From Eledone cirrhosa (lineage: Eukaryota), in contig OZ024740.1 of assembly GCA_964016885.1 (NCBI GenBank), forward strand, positions 233,678,001 to 233,742,000: DNA of 64,000 bases, written 5' to 3'. The notes beneath the pieces were generated by a model. The model was given only the letters and a program-made list of their open reading frames with translations, did no database searches and had not been told where the DNA came from. Below are positions 30,787 through 45,684 of the stretch, one piece after another. Numbering within the stretch: position 1 is the first letter of the stretch; each line of letters starts with the position of its first letter. A program made the translations under genes and the position numbers.

Positions 30787-31258
30787 GGTAACACAACAGT
30801 TAGTTCACCATACCGAGAACAATTGTTTCACCTTAGCGGACCCTCAGCTCGTACTGGTTATGGTTATACGGAATGGCCTATTCCGTATAACCATGACCAG
30901 TACGAGCTGAGGATTCCCTTCCTGCCTTATTTATTTCTTCTTAATCTCCATTCACACAGTTTTGTACTAAACATCAACTGCATCGATTTAACCCCGAGTT
31001 TGATTATATATTTCTCACTTAGTACTACTTCTCGGAAGACCTATAAAAAGCATGGACGACGGTCTTTTATTCATGATTAAGCAGTAAGAAAATAAATGGT
31101 ATATTTTCACACGAACAGGTGCAGCATGCATCGATACACCAGTGAAATATACCTTTCTGAAATAGGAGCCAGTGAGAAAGCTTTTACATGACTGCTCGAC
31201 TTATTACAAAGATAACACAGATCTCTCTCATATCATAATATCACATTCTGTTGTCTTT

Positions 31259-31800
31259 AATAATTGTTTCTACTTTTGGCACAAGGCCAGCAATATTCCA
31301 GTACATTACTGGTACTTTATTTTATCGACCCCGTAAGGATGAAAGGAAAAGTTAACCTCGGTGGGATTTGAACTCAGATCATAAAGGTGCGTAACTCTAT
31401 GTTGCAAAGCATGGCGTCTGACCCTCTACCGATACTGCCAATCCACCACCCTACAGTTTCTACTTTTGGCACAAGGACAGCGTTACCCCAGTGCACCACT
31501 GGTACTTTATTTTATTAACCTCGGCGGATTTGAACTCAGAACGCAAAGGGCCATAACTATGCTGCAAAGCATGGTGTCTGACGCTCTACCGATACTGCCA
31601 AACCGCCCTATTGTCTTAAATAATTGTTTCTACTTTTGGCACAAGGCCAGCAATTACCCAGTGCATTGCTGGTACTTTATTTTATCCACCCCGTAAGGAT
31701 GAAAGGCAAAGTCAACCTCAGCGGGATTTGAACTCAGATCGTTAAGGGGCGAAACTATGCTGGAAAGCATGGCGTCCGACCCTCTACCGATACTGCCAAT
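31259..31800 (-). mobile_element. Three tandem SINE A copies
   Basis: Consensus repeated at ~31259, ~31456 and ~31619. Confidence 0.9.
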
Positions 31801-32369
31801 TAAATAATGAAAATTAAATAGCATAATGTAGTCCTACATACCCCTAAGAAAACACGATAGTCACGACAGGACTTTCTATCGTGATAGGTCTTGTCGATCT
31901 ACCACTAAGCGTTATTTGGTTAGAACTGGAGGGTTTGCACCAATGATAGTCTTGGCATTCATCTTGGCATTCATAGAGACAGCAAAATTAACTATACTAC
32001 ACACTGGTGTCTGTATAAAACTAGACGGCTTGGGCTGTTAACAGTTAACTAACTTGAACTATATTTTTTTGTGGTACCTATATGTAGCGATGTGGTCTGA
32101 GCCATTATGAGTCAGTTGTTTCACCATGCACATAGCCTTATGCTGCTGATGACGTTTATATCTGGGACTCTATTCACCTGATCTCAATACAGCTTTTGAC
32201 CTCTTGGTAAAACTATATACACATAATTCTATGCTTGTGAATGTGCCTGTGCAGTTACATGTGTTTTTGTATGCGTGTTTGTGTGCATGATTGTGTGAGT
32301 GTATTATTATGTATGTATTTATGGTTGAATGTTATGCATATTTACGAGTATATGCATGCACACATTAAT

Positions 32370-32402
<33 letters not shown>

Positions 32403-33509
32403 TACAGATAGGGAGAGAGAAAAGAAAAAAGGAGGGGTAAGGTTTAGTGAGAAGATAAAAATCGAGATATGAAAGCTTGTCTGTCAATTAGATTATCAGA
32501 AATTATATCATCCTCCCTCTCCTTTACAGCCTCTCTCTTTCTCCCCTCTCTCTTCCCTATTTTCCTTGTATTTCTAGCCACTTCCTCTTCTTTATCTCCC
32601 ATTCTCTCCCACTTCTCGCCTCCCATTTCTCTTTACTGCAAGAACTAGTATCAATGTCTCTACCAATTAGCAGTACATATGTTGATTTAACTGTTCCTGA
32701 TCACGTGACTCAATTTAAACTAATATACACTAATAACAGCTTGTTAACGGGTGAGCAACAAACACCATTATGATTGGTGTTAATTAGCCACTGTAAATTA
32801 ATCATTTGTTAATAGGGATTTGCTGATTACAAGGAATGCCAGCTATTTGGAATATGAGCTTTCATAAGAGGTCGCTTTTGCGTTGAAGTTTGGAAAAATA
32901 ATTTCCCATTGGATTGGGGAAAGCGCTTTATGTTACTGGAATATGGATTCTTCACACTAACTATTTCAAAGAAGAATCTTAAACCATCTTTTTCACCAGC
33001 AACTACATATCAAAAACTAATTGATATTTGATAGATAAAAACAAACATGTGCAAAGCTGACAATAGGTCCGGGTCAGGTGAAAAACTTTAAAGTAGGTAA
33101 AAGGTTGTAGGCTAGACGTGAAATATAAGTTGCATTTCAAGACGTTTATTAACAATTTCGTAATCAGTGTTAAACAGATATGATGTATGTATGTGTTAGT
33201 GACATATATAAGTACTTGTAGTGTACATGATATATTTACAAGTGTGAACTAGAAGTTCAGGAGAGTACTTCCTTTTTCTTTTATCTGTTATTACAAATAT
33301 TTCTTAATTTACTGAAAATGAGAAATGACTCAAATGGGAATCATACTTAGAAATTTGTGCTGTTTACCGAAGTTAAATATAAAGAATATGCGCTAAAATG
33401 TTCTCCATTTTAGGAATTCAAAGTTATGTAAAACCTCTATTATACATAATCTTCAGTTTACTCAATTTTAACTAATGATATAATAATAATTTCGAAATCT
33501 GGCAGAAGG

Positions 33510-33700
33510 TTTGGAGAATTTGGTAGTATCGGTAAAGAGTCGGATGCCATGCTTTCCAGCATAGTTACGTCCCTTTACGGTCTGAGTTCAAATCCCGCCG
33601 AGGTTCACTTTGCCTTTCATCCTTACGGGGTCGATAAAATAAAGTACCAGTAATGTACTGGGTAATTGCTGGCCTTGTGCCAAAAGTAGAAACAATTATA
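33510..33700 (+). mobile_element. SINE A
   Basis: Family consensus. Confidence 0.9.
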
Positions 33701-33799
33701 GCTTAGTGAATCCAACTCAGAAAATAACTGGAACTTATTTAAAGGAAACCATGCCACAATCTTAGTCAGTTAGTTACAATCAAACTATTCACCATCTAT

Positions 33800-34040
33800 G
33801 ATCTTCAGCCCAGGAAAGTTCCCCGAACTGTGCCATCTTTGCCGATCCTGAGCCATTCAAGCCCCAAATTTTTCAATTTTCACGACGTATTCTCGCCACG
33901 TGATTTTCTGGCCGTCACGGTCTCTTGGGTGATTTCGTGTGGTCCTTCTGGTAGGTGATGTGAGTGTTCCTTCCTTTATCAGCCATCTGGTAATGTCACC
34001 GCACACTTCCATTTTGCTTTGCTAATGGTTTCTTTGATCT
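33800..34040 (-). mobile_element. RTE-like LINE 3' fragment
   Basis: Minus strand IKETISKAKWK..TRW..RDGQKITWREY..AQDRQRW. Confidence 0.55.
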
Positions 34041-34522
34041 TTCTATGTGATATTAACCCGATCCTTTCGTGGGCTACAATGCAAAGAGACCACGAACAAT
34101 CAAAATATTACATTCTACAAAGACTGTATGTTTTGTAATATTAATCCACTATATATTTCTATCTACTCATTTTTTAAAATAATATTATTTATTTCGTAAA
34201 CCGATAGAAAAACAACATTTTGTGAAAGCCGTATTGAAGTTTAAGAAATTAAAAAACAAAACATTCCTGAAAGAGGCTCGAATGAATTTTTAACTTTAAA
34301 AGCCATATCATATCTTATATTTCCATTTGCGTGAAAGAAAACATAATTCCTGTAAATGTGTGTGTGTGGGGGTGGGGGTGGGGGGTATGTGTATTATTGT
34401 TGTTAAGCAATAAGAAATAGTAATTTACAGAGGAAAAGAATCATAACTGGTTTAGATTATGATTTATGATATATGTATAAGGACTAACTGTGATTCCATT
34501 CCTTATCTCTCGAGGCGTATTC

Positions 34523-34574
<52 letters not shown>

Positions 34575-34577
<3 letters not shown>

Positions 34578-34830
34578 TGGCTGCCAACTCGTTTTCGAGT
34601 ACGGCCACTACTTTATATCCATGTAGGAGAACCCCTACTGATGCGCTGAACGAGTGTGACTTTTTAGTCCAGCCAGCGACTTGAAAACTCTGGTACAAAC
34701 ACTGCACTTGTGACAATTATTGACACATAGTGCTGGGCCCTTGGTAACATGTGACAACAAGTGCAGAGAGATCTCCAGATATAAAGCAATGCCTGTGCCG
34801 TGAAGCTTTTATAGTGAGCAAATGCACTAT
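34575..34830. repeat. Unclassified interspersed repeat adjoining (AT)n/(CATA)n
   Basis: TGGTGGCTGCCAACTCGTTTTCGAGTACGGCCAC... recurs at 34952-35104 and 61549-61950. Confidence 0.8.
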
Positions 34831-34846
34831 AAAATACATACATACA

Positions 34847-34880
<34 letters not shown>

Positions 34881-35312
34881 CAGAGATATTTAATTTGTTG
34901 GTTATTCAACAAATTTATTTATAACAGATTCGAAGCACTCTACATACATACATGGTGGATGCCAACTCGCTTTCGAGTACGGCCACTACTTTATATCCAT
35001 GTAGGAGAACCCCTACAGATGGGCTGAACGAGTGTGACTTTTTAGTCCAGACAACGACTTGAAAACTCTGGTACAAACACTACACTTGTGACAATTATTA
35101 ACACATACATACATACATACATACATACATACATACATACATACATACATACATACATACATACATACATACATACATAAGCAAAGAGATATTTAATTTG
35201 TTGGTTATTCAACACATTTATTTATAACAGATTTGAAGCACTCTACAGATTTTTCTGGAGTATAATATCAATGATATTAATTAATGGAAACTATCTTTAT
35301 AAAACAATATTT

Positions 35313-35371
35313 ATTTTATTATATATATTTCAAGGGTACCAAAATTTTGGTATGCTCTCATCAGATAAAAT
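35313..35371 (-). ncRNA. Minimal hammerhead ribozyme (intact core)
   Basis: Minus strand: ATTTTAT CTGATGA GAGCATACCAAAATTTTGGTACCCTT GAAA TATATA TA ATAAAAT. Confidence 0.75.
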
Positions 35372-36002
35372 ACAAAAGTTGTTTTATAAATATTGACATA
35401 TCCCCCCAAAAAAACACGCTTAAATATTTCTTCTAAGTAGCAACTAAACTTTACACAAATATTAAATTTTCTGTATAATTTAGTTAACTTACCAAACTTT
35501 GAAAATGTATTCCTATCTTGAATGAACTATAGAATGTACAAAATAATCTTCTCTAATAAAACTAGAACTACTTCCTTTTCATTAACTATATATTGAAAAT
35601 GTAAACTCGAAATTCATCGAAACCCTTAACATATATAAAAATATTTAAATTATCTATCTATTGAAAAAAACATATACACTCACCAAAATTATTTATATAA
35701 ATATTTTTATATAAATATCCTCTTGTAATATAATAAAGTAAAATATACTTACAAACTTAATTCTTCATAAAATATACTTATAAATATTATCTATATAATA
35801 TTATAACTCACGATTAGAATAGATCCAATAATTAGTAATATATCTCAATTTTTTAAGTTGGTATTCCACCACTTCAACTCATTTATAATTCTCATATTAT
35901 TTCATAGATAATACCAAAATATATAATTATAATTAAATAAATAAATATAATTATATCACTCTCTTTACACTATCACTGATATGATCCATACAATTATATT
36001 TT

Positions 36003-36192
36003 AATAATTGTTTCTACTTTTGGCACAAGGCCAGCAATTATCCCAGTGCATTACTGGTACTTTATTTTATCGACCCCGTAAGGATGAAAGGCAAAGCTCA
36101 CCTCGACGGGATTTGAACTCAGAATGGCAAGGGCCGTAACTCCATGCGTCAAAGCATGGCGTCCGACCCTCTACCGATACTGCCAATCCACC
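36003..36192 (-). mobile_element. SINE A
   Basis: Family consensus. Confidence 0.9.
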
Positions 36193-36484
36193 ATATTTTA
36201 ATATTAATAGTGTATTTCTAAATATAATATACTTTTTTCTTATACTGATTCCTTAAATTTTCTTACACCCTAATATTAATATTAACCTCTCTCTCTTCTT
36301 CCCTTAAAAAATTATTTAAATTTACCTAGCGTCTAAATATAACGATCTTTTTCAACTGTACGTTTAGCCTCATTAACACATTCATCCTAAGATTTGAAAT
36401 TTCTTTCACTATCCAAACTGAACTTAAAACGATAAGTTCTTGTTTTTTTTTTCGATGTGTCAATATTTATAAAACAATTTTTGT

Positions 36485-36543
36485 ATTTTATTTGATGAGA
36501 GCGTACCAGAATTTTGGTACCCTTGAAATATATATAATAAAAT
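36485..36543 (+). ncRNA. Hammerhead ribozyme variant (C3->U), inverted partner of 35313-35371
   Basis: ATTTTAT TTGATGA GAGCGTACCAGAATTTTGGTACCCTT GAAA TATATA TA ATAAAAT. Confidence 0.6.
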
Positions 36544-36585
36544 AAATATGGTTTTATAAAGATAGTTTCCATTTATTAATATCAT

Positions 36586-36618
<33 letters not shown>

Positions 36619-36639
36619 TATAAAATTCAAAACTACAAC

Positions 36640-37770
36640 GAAGACATGTCATGGAGAAACCCATGGATGCTCGTTTCGTTGAGTGTACTCAACTTATTTA
36701 ACTTTCAGTAAGTCAACGGAACCTCCAATGGAAGAAAATATTATAGTGTTCTGAGTTTTAGGGGAAGTAATTTACCGAGAAGTAAAATCACAGAGCAGTT
36801 ATTAATAGGATAAATGGGCTTAACTCTAAAAAAGTGGGATAATTCTATGTTAGATGATAGGGAAAAATGAAAAGAAATAATAATTAAAGAAATTAATCTT
36901 GTTAGGAGAGAGGTTTCTGAGGAGAAACCACCCTTCATCCGTGCATAAATTCGAATTTCCTAACCATTTATATATGGTTTCGATTCTTTGAACATTTTCC
37001 ATTTTATGGAGAAATCCTTAGCTATGTCCTTTAGTTTCCACACCTGGCTTGCTAGCGTCGTGATATTCCACTTGCCCAAATGTCTGAAAATTGTTTCAGG
37101 ATTTATAAAATGGTTTTAAAATCGACTTTCCGACATGCCTGCGTATGTCCAGGTTCCTTTCTGATTATGTTCATTTGATGATGTGACTTAAGCCTCATCA
37201 ACCGTATATTACGGCTGGGATGTTACACTTTCCATGAAGCGGGCAGGTATCTGCCTTTTTCCACGAACATCCATATATTTTCGGATTCGGGTGTTTATTT
37301 AAGAGACGAGATTTCATATTTCTGGTATAGGAATATCCTATTTTAACTGTGTGGTGGTTAAAAATATTTTAGTATTTATGTCCTAAAAAGAAATGTCTGT
37401 CTATAAATGCTAAAAGATGTTTACCAATATTAGTTTTAACTTTAAGGGAGAGAAAGGTGAAGAACAAGATAGTGGATTAGTGTCTAGGTTCTTTCCTGTT
37501 CATTTTAAGATAGTGGATGTTTTCTCTGAGAAGCCGCTGTTGCTTAAGGGTGTGTTATAATTTGGGACTGTCCTGCCAAAGATAGTTTTGTTTCGTGAGA
37601 TGCTGGATATGTTATTAACTAGATACTTAAAGACTATAGGCGGGTGGCATGAATTTATATGTGTATATCTAAGGTTCTCGCAAGGCTTAAAACTCGTTCC
37701 ATGCACTGAGTGCTCTACACCTTGGTTATCTTTACAAACCATGCTGTTTCGTTGTTGAAGAAGGTAGAAC
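36640..37770 (-). mobile_element. Penelope-like element ORF remnant (RT thumb/linker plus C-terminal GIY-YIG endonuclease), Naiad-like
   Basis: Minus-strand peptides FKPCENLRYTHINSCHPPIVFKYL..ISSISRNKTIF..PNYNTPLSNSG, KVKTNIGKHLLAFIDRHF..IFNHHTVKIGYS, CPLHGKCNIPAVIY..TYAGMSE, TTLASQVWKLKD..IKWK..KPY..NLC. Frameshifts and stops present. Confidence 0.85.
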
Positions 37771-38524
37771 GCTCATCGTGGGAACCAACGGAGGTCCAGT
37801 ACACACACACACACGCAAACACACACGTGTGTATATGTTTGGTGGGGCGTGTGTGGCTGTACGCGCGCGCATGTATTGGTGTGTAATCGAAAAAAATAAA
37901 GGCTTTTTTTGTTTCTAAATGAAGACTGTGATATTAAGACAGACAGCCTCACACATGGACAGACAGACAGACAAACAAAGACTTTCAACAATCAGAGAAA
38001 GAAAGAAAGGTAAAAATTAATAAATATAAAATAGAAACACATAAACACACACACACTCACTCACACACACCACATACACCACACATACACACACACACAC
38101 ACACTCATACACACACACACATAGACACAAGCAACAGCCCCAGTAAAATACAATCTTCTCAAGACACGGTAAAAAACATATGGTTGTAGTAAAGCGAATT
38201 GCTATGTTTAAACAGCTTAGTTTTAAAACAACAAAAGCTGGGTCACATTAGGGGGCATGGGCGGAGAGATGTTTTGATGATATTCCACACCAAAACAATA
38301 CACCGGCCGTAATCATATCAGACCAATTAAGTAGCTGTTATTTAATGAGGCTCAAGCAGGTGCCCTTGATACATTCAGCGCAACTAAATAGAATGAAGAA
38401 TAATACGTAAACACACGAACATACACACACACACACACAGACACACATACACACACACGCGTGTGTGTGTGTATATATATATATGTTGTGTGTATATATG
38501 TGTGTATATATATATATATATATA

Positions 38525-38614
38525 AAAGGCTTCTACAGGACTAGAACTGTTTCATTGTGGGGAAATCATCGATGATTTCTCCCGAATGAAGTTCTAGTCA
38601 TGTAGAAGCCTTTT
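38525..38614. repeat. Fold-back hairpin of a Penelope-like terminal cassette
   Basis: AAAGGCTTCTACAGGACTAGAAC..GAAATCATC|GATGATTTC..GTTCTAGTCATGTAGAAGCCTTT. Same family hairpin at 50434-50534 and a single arm at 63175-63215. Confidence 0.85.
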
Positions 38615-38698
38615 CAATATTAAATATTTATACTCTGCTTTGTATTGATTACCTTACTTACTGTAGTTACTTCCGATTGAACCCGATATATATATATA

Positions 38699-38900
38699 TG
38701 GAGGTCGGCTGAAGCGTTCATAGGCAGACTATAAAAGAAGTGAGGCTAGAGCAGTGAAATCTTGCATGCAGTTGTCAGTAACTTCAATGGTATTTTCCAG
38801 GGACTATGTTGAAAAATAAACCTCATTTCGTCATTCCATGAGAGTATCTTGATCGGTCTATGTCATTCTTAGCCTCTAAACTTTTCAACTAACCCTCGTA
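38699..38900 (+). mobile_element. Mariner-derived MITE
   Basis: Imperfect TIRs GGAGGTCGGCTGAAGCGTTCATAGG / AAACTTTTCAACTAACCCTCG-TA. Related copy in reverse orientation at 48701-48867. Confidence 0.65.
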
Positions 38901-38999
38901 CATATATACAAACATTTACCTATTACCCACTCTACTACCCTAAGTATTGAGTACTTTGGTGCATTATGGTCCATCTGGTTCCTTAGCACACCTCCTTCG

Positions 39000-39074
<75 letters not shown>

Positions 39075-39429
39075 CTTATCGAGCCCTCTTTGGATTTTAG
39101 TCTTCAAATTTATTATTATTACTATATATATATATACTCAAACATACAGAGACATACACACGCATTTTCGTATATACGTACAAACACACACACGTCCTTA
39201 GAGACACACAGACAAGTGCGCACTCTTACGCTTATACATTTGATATACGATAATATGTAGCATATTTGTGAGGATAGGCTGTGTTTAAAGATATATTAGG
39301 ACGTCTTTTTATGTATAATCTTACTGAAATTTTGTACACACAAACACACTTGCACACTAATATATATTTACGTGTATTGAATAACTGCTTATATGTCCGG
39401 TATGTACCTTAGTGAAGTGTGTGTGTTTG

Positions 39430-39506
<77 letters not shown>

Positions 39507-39509
39507 ATG

Positions 39510-39546
<37 letters not shown>

Positions 39547-39548
39547 GA

Positions 39549-39772
<224 letters not shown>

Positions 39773-39971
39773 CACATACATATATGCATAACTTGTTTCT
39801 ACCTGTTTTCTTATGCTCCACATGTGCACTGGAATGAAAGGTATCGACCTAAATTTTCCAAAACTAAAGTGATTTCCAGAGGTTGACTGAGGAGATGGGA
39901 CTGTCCCCGTCATTCCGTTGTTTTCTTCTATTTTCTTTGTGATGTGTGCTCCCTATTTTCATTATATATTA

Positions 39972-40069
<98 letters not shown>

Positions 40070-42783
40070 ATGCGTGTACGTATATATGTGTGTCTTGTGT
40101 AATTTGTCCCTATTTTCGTGTTTTCTCAGTCCACAGCTGATAAATTAGGATAGAAGAAAATAAAGAACTTCATTAATAAAAACCCAATAGCAACACGATA
40201 TACAACAATCACCACCAAAAAAAACTTTTCTTTTAAAAAGAAATATATAGCCATAGCTACAACAACAACAACAACACACCAGCGAGGAACCGTTTTCATA
40301 GTTGCTCGATCTGCTAGAAAAGTCAGCATGATTCATCTGAAAATGTTGGCTATATTACACAATATACAAAAAAAAAGACGTGAAACACCCTTCATTAAAG
40401 GTCTGCTCAACCAAAGCCGAGTCTTTTGATTGCAAGTCCTTTTAATTGCAAGCATTCGGGCCAGTTGATTGATCAAATGATATTTTCCTTTCTTTCTGCT
40501 GTCAGTCTCGAAAGCGCCTTCAGTGAACGAACCATAAAAAAATATGCAGAGTAACCGAATATATAATTTTTAACAAATGAACAAATCTTAGTAGAATCAG
40601 GAGAACGAAGTCAAAATACCTTGGGTCATCCAGTTAAGGCTCTTTATACTCTGAACTGAAATACTACAAAGATAAACCATGCCTTTCATCCCTCAGAGGT
40701 CAATAAAATAAAATACTAGTCAAATACTTGGTCAATTTATATTCCTATAATGTATAGTTTCACCACTGTACTGCGGTACACATCTACGTGGCATATTTAT
40801 AAAACACGAGTGTTTATAATGCACTATACCGGTGTGTGCTTATTCCTTTAGGGTAAAGTACCACGTGGACCCCATTTTGTTGTAGAATATTTTAATTACT
40901 CATTGATTTTTATATATTAAAACTTAAAAACAAAACTGATGGAACGCCGTAATACGTTTAATACAGTATTCGATGTACCCTGGATAGAAATAGGTTAACA
41001 TTTGCCGCTATAATGTATTCTAGATTTGAATTATAATATAACAGAAGAAATGTGACTGTTTTAATATTATTACAAATATTTACTTTCCATTCTACATGTT
41101 AAAAACTTTAGAAAAGTGGTTATATGGTAATATTAGCTGTGGGCGTATCCACGGGAGATGTTTTTATTTTTTTTATTTAAGAAGGTACATTTGAAAGTTA
41201 CGTCTTGAATGTCTATAATTTACCCAACGTTTCATTTCATAGAGTATGCCTTATCTTCGAAGACAGGAACTTTTCACACGAGAATACTTGATTTTAAAGA
41301 TTCTGGTTAGTAAAACCTCACTCACTAACTTGCTACAACCATTAGAACACTTACTGACTGAATCCTTCCTAAATATCTTGTACTATGCAACGGTCCACTG
41401 AATTAAGCTGGGTGCCCCAACTGAGTCAACCCTATCCTTGAAGTTTTCCTTTTGTTGCTCCCTACTCTTATTCGCCATAACCCTATTTTAAACACTCACT
41501 AAATCGCATCTTTCTTATGTTATTTCTACAAATATCAACAGGAAGAAATTAACACTAAACAACTGTATCAGCCATACAGATTTAACGAGACATACAAATC
41601 TCCATTGGAATAATATAGAGGAAACTTTGTGCAACGAAACAGCAAATATGAGACTTCGGTGACATTAAATTTTACAAGACTAAACTATACAGCAAACCTA
41701 AAATCATTTCTATAAATTTTGATTACTTTACATCTTAAAGCTTTAGATGACTTAAAAACATGTTGCCTACTGGAAATAAGATAGCTTATATAAGAAACTA
41801 AAATGTTATCTTTACTCATTAACTATTAAACCAAAATTGCTTACCTTCCAACAGGGTTGTTACTAATTCTCATTTACGTATAGTTACGCACATAAGACAT
41901 TTGTCCAATATAAGTATAATATATTATAGTATTTTGAGATCATATATAAATGCAAATTGAAGAAACTATAAGTTGAGATACCTCCATAGGCCTATGAAAT
42001 ACAGAGGTTGATGAGTATATCTCCGGCTTTTATGGCAATAAGCGGACGAGATTGGAATTTACCGCAGGAAATGTTTCCTGTGGGTGAAATTGATCTCAGC
42101 CAAGCAGGACAAGATATAAAAACAAATAATAGACTATTTTATAATGCTGCTATTGCTTACACCTGTAGCAGGTATCAAGTAGATACTGCCCCTACGTGAG
42201 ACTGCCCCTACGTAGATACTTCAACTAATAGAAATAGCTGAGATATCTACCTTAATCGATACTGTAAGAGCCAACCTGGATAATGTTTGGAAAAAACGAG
42301 TGGCATGATCAATGATGGAAACCCTTTGATCACAGATATGGTTAAGTAGGGCAAATGTGGAGCTAGATAACAAGATCCTGCCCATGATCGCTCGACTCAC
42401 AGCACATAATCTTCATTTCCAGTAGCCATCGTGCGTGTCCTGCCACCAACCAGGGAGGTTTCTGAGTTCTTGCGTACAGATGGGTTCTCATAATTATGAC
42501 TAAGAAGTCCTATCTAACCCGGTTTTGAATTCAGAGTAATACTTGTCCTAGTTAAACTACCCACCAAGTTCTGTCTACTCAGAGCAACTGGTTTTAAGGT
42601 GCCAGTAGCTCACTTTTGCTCCTTCTTGTCACTTCCAAACATCTCCGTGACAGGAAGGCCAGGGGCTGGACTTCGGTTGTCTGAGGCTATATAAGACGCA
42701 AGTCGTTTGGGGCATTTTCATAGAGAGTAGATTCCCAGGCATACTCCCCCCCCCCACCCCCGCAATTACAGGACATACATACA

Positions 42784-42816
<33 letters not shown>

Positions 42817-42817
<1 letters not shown>

Positions 42818-43055
42818 CACCTTCAGATTTATGCCTGTGATTATTGGGGCACTGGGGTAGGTTAGTAACTGCCTCAATACAAATCTTGAGAATCTGGGTT
42901 TCACAAGAACAGAAAGAACACAACTAGTTAGGAAATTACAAGTACAATCCATTAATGGAACAGTAAAAATATGTAAAACATTCCAAACATTTTGCATCTA
43001 ATAACTGCATATACACATGTACAGATACAAAGCATATACACATGCACACATACAA
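42817..43055 (+). mobile_element. R4/Dong-clade (RLE) LINE 3' fragment
   Basis: FRFMPVIIGALG*VSNCLNTNLENLGF..LQVQSINGTVKICKTFQTFCI*, preceded by (CATA)n. Confidence 0.8.
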
Positions 43056-43087
43056 CGTCAGGGTGGTGCATGCGGGTGTCTATATAT

Positions 43088-43748
43088 CTATGTATGTTCT
43101 TCTGGTTTTATAATTTCACAAAGTTTTACCAATAGAGAGAGTCGGTTTCTAACATAGACACAGTACTCTCTCATTGGAATTTACACAACATCAACTAGGT
43201 AGATATGTATGTATGCATGTGTAGATATGGATGTTATTGTATGTGTGGATGTGTATGTTTTGAGTTGTATGTGTGCATGTGTATATGCTTTGTATCTGTA
43301 CATGTGTATATGCAGTTATTAGATGCAAAATTTCTGGAATGCTTTACATATTTTGACTGTTCCATTAATGGATTGTACTTGTAGTTTCCTAACTAGTTGT
43401 GTTCTTTCTGTTCCTGTGAAGCCTAGCTTCTCAAGATTTGTATTGAGGCAATTACTAACATATCCCAATGCCCCAATAAACACAGGCATAAATCTGAAGG
43501 TCTAATCAGGGTGGAGTATCTGCAGATTTCTCATCAGTTCTGCATAAATATCCTCCTTTTCACTAATCTTTGATATTATATTGGCATCTGCTGGGCAGCT
43601 AATTTCCACTACTGAGCATGCTTTCTTCTCCCTGTCCCATATCATAATATGGTCTGTTATGCCTGCATTTTATTGGGGTTTTTACTGGAACACACCACCA
43701 GTATTCTTTCATATTATGTACATGGATATCTTCCACATTGCTGTAGCT
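43088..43748 (-). mobile_element. R4/Dong-clade LINE 3' fragment with restriction-like endonuclease motif
   Basis: Minus strand EYWWCVPVKTPIKCRHNRP/IMIWDREKKACSVVEISCPADANI..KEDIYAEL..MPVFIGALG..GTVKIC, then a 3'UTR ending TTATAAAACCAGAAGAA-CATACATA. Further 3' ends at 61395-61530 and 62280-62490. Confidence 0.85.
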
Positions 43749-43913
43749 ATGTATGTATGTATGTGTGTATGTATGTATGTATGTTTAATAATGGTATATC
43801 ATGCAATGGCCTTACTCGATAACGAGGGGGCAGCCATCATGTATGTATGTATGTATGTATGGAGATATGTATGTACGGCTGGATAGCTATTCAAATATAT
43901 GCAGGGGTCGAGA

Positions 43914-44720
<807 letters not shown>

Positions 44721-45089
44721 GTGTTGGTACGTTTTATAATAATATATAGAAAAAAAGACAAAGCTATTGATGAGATGAGGTCTGACTTAAAAGCCATTAT
44801 ATTTGCTCTACCGAAACAAATGATTCTTTATGGTAGTCCGTATTATTTCTACTCGACTATTCTCCCCGCTTTTATTCTCTCTCTCTACATATATCCCCCT
44901 CTCTTATTCTCTCCCTTTAATTACTCCTCACTCTGACTATGCGTCTTTGTATCTCGTCTATTCTTTCATTCCCTGTATCTTCTCTCTTCTTATCTAATTC
45001 TTTCTCGCAACTTTCTACATTCATCTCTTTCTATCTATCTTACTATTGTTTTCAAACACGCCCAAACACACTCATACTGAACACACACA

Positions 45090-45147
<58 letters not shown>

Positions 45148-45420
45148 TTGTTGTTGTTGTTGTTGTTGTTGCTGCTGTTGTTTTTGTTGTTGTTGTTGTT
45201 GTTGCTGTTGATGTTGTTGTTGCTGTTGTTGTTGTTGTTGTTGTTGTTGCTGTTGATGTTGTTGTTGTTGCTGTTGCTGTTGCTGTTGTTGTTGCTGATG
45301 TTGTTGTTCTTGTTGCTGTTGTTGTTGCTGTTGTTGTTGTTGTTGTTGATGTTGTTGCTGTTGCTGTTGTTGTTTCTGTTGCTGTTGCTGTTGCTGATGT
45401 TGTTGTTGTTGTGCTGTTGC

Positions 45421-45457
<37 letters not shown>

Positions 45458-45460
45458 AGT
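45090..45460. repeat. Degenerate (GTT/GCT/GAT)n trinucleotide repeat
   Basis: Directly visible. Confidence 0.95.
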
Positions 45461-45684
45461 GGTGGCGGTGGGGGTGGTGGTAGTAGTGGTGGAGGTGCTG
45501 GTCATGGTGGTGGAGGTGGAGGTGTGAGGGGGGGGGGGGGGGGGGGGGGGTGTGTGTGACCATTATGAAGTGAATAGCGATGATTGTGTGGATGATGACA
45601 ATATATAGTGTGGTATAACGATGACAATCTTGGTGGTCGTGGTTATGATATTACTACAGAGATAGTAAAGATGGCGGTTGTAGT

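Noticed and set aside
45090-45460. Poly-Gln coding potential on the minus strand (CAA/CAG/CAT)
   Set aside because: No flanking complex coding sequence or splice support, and it lies opposite to the only identified gene.
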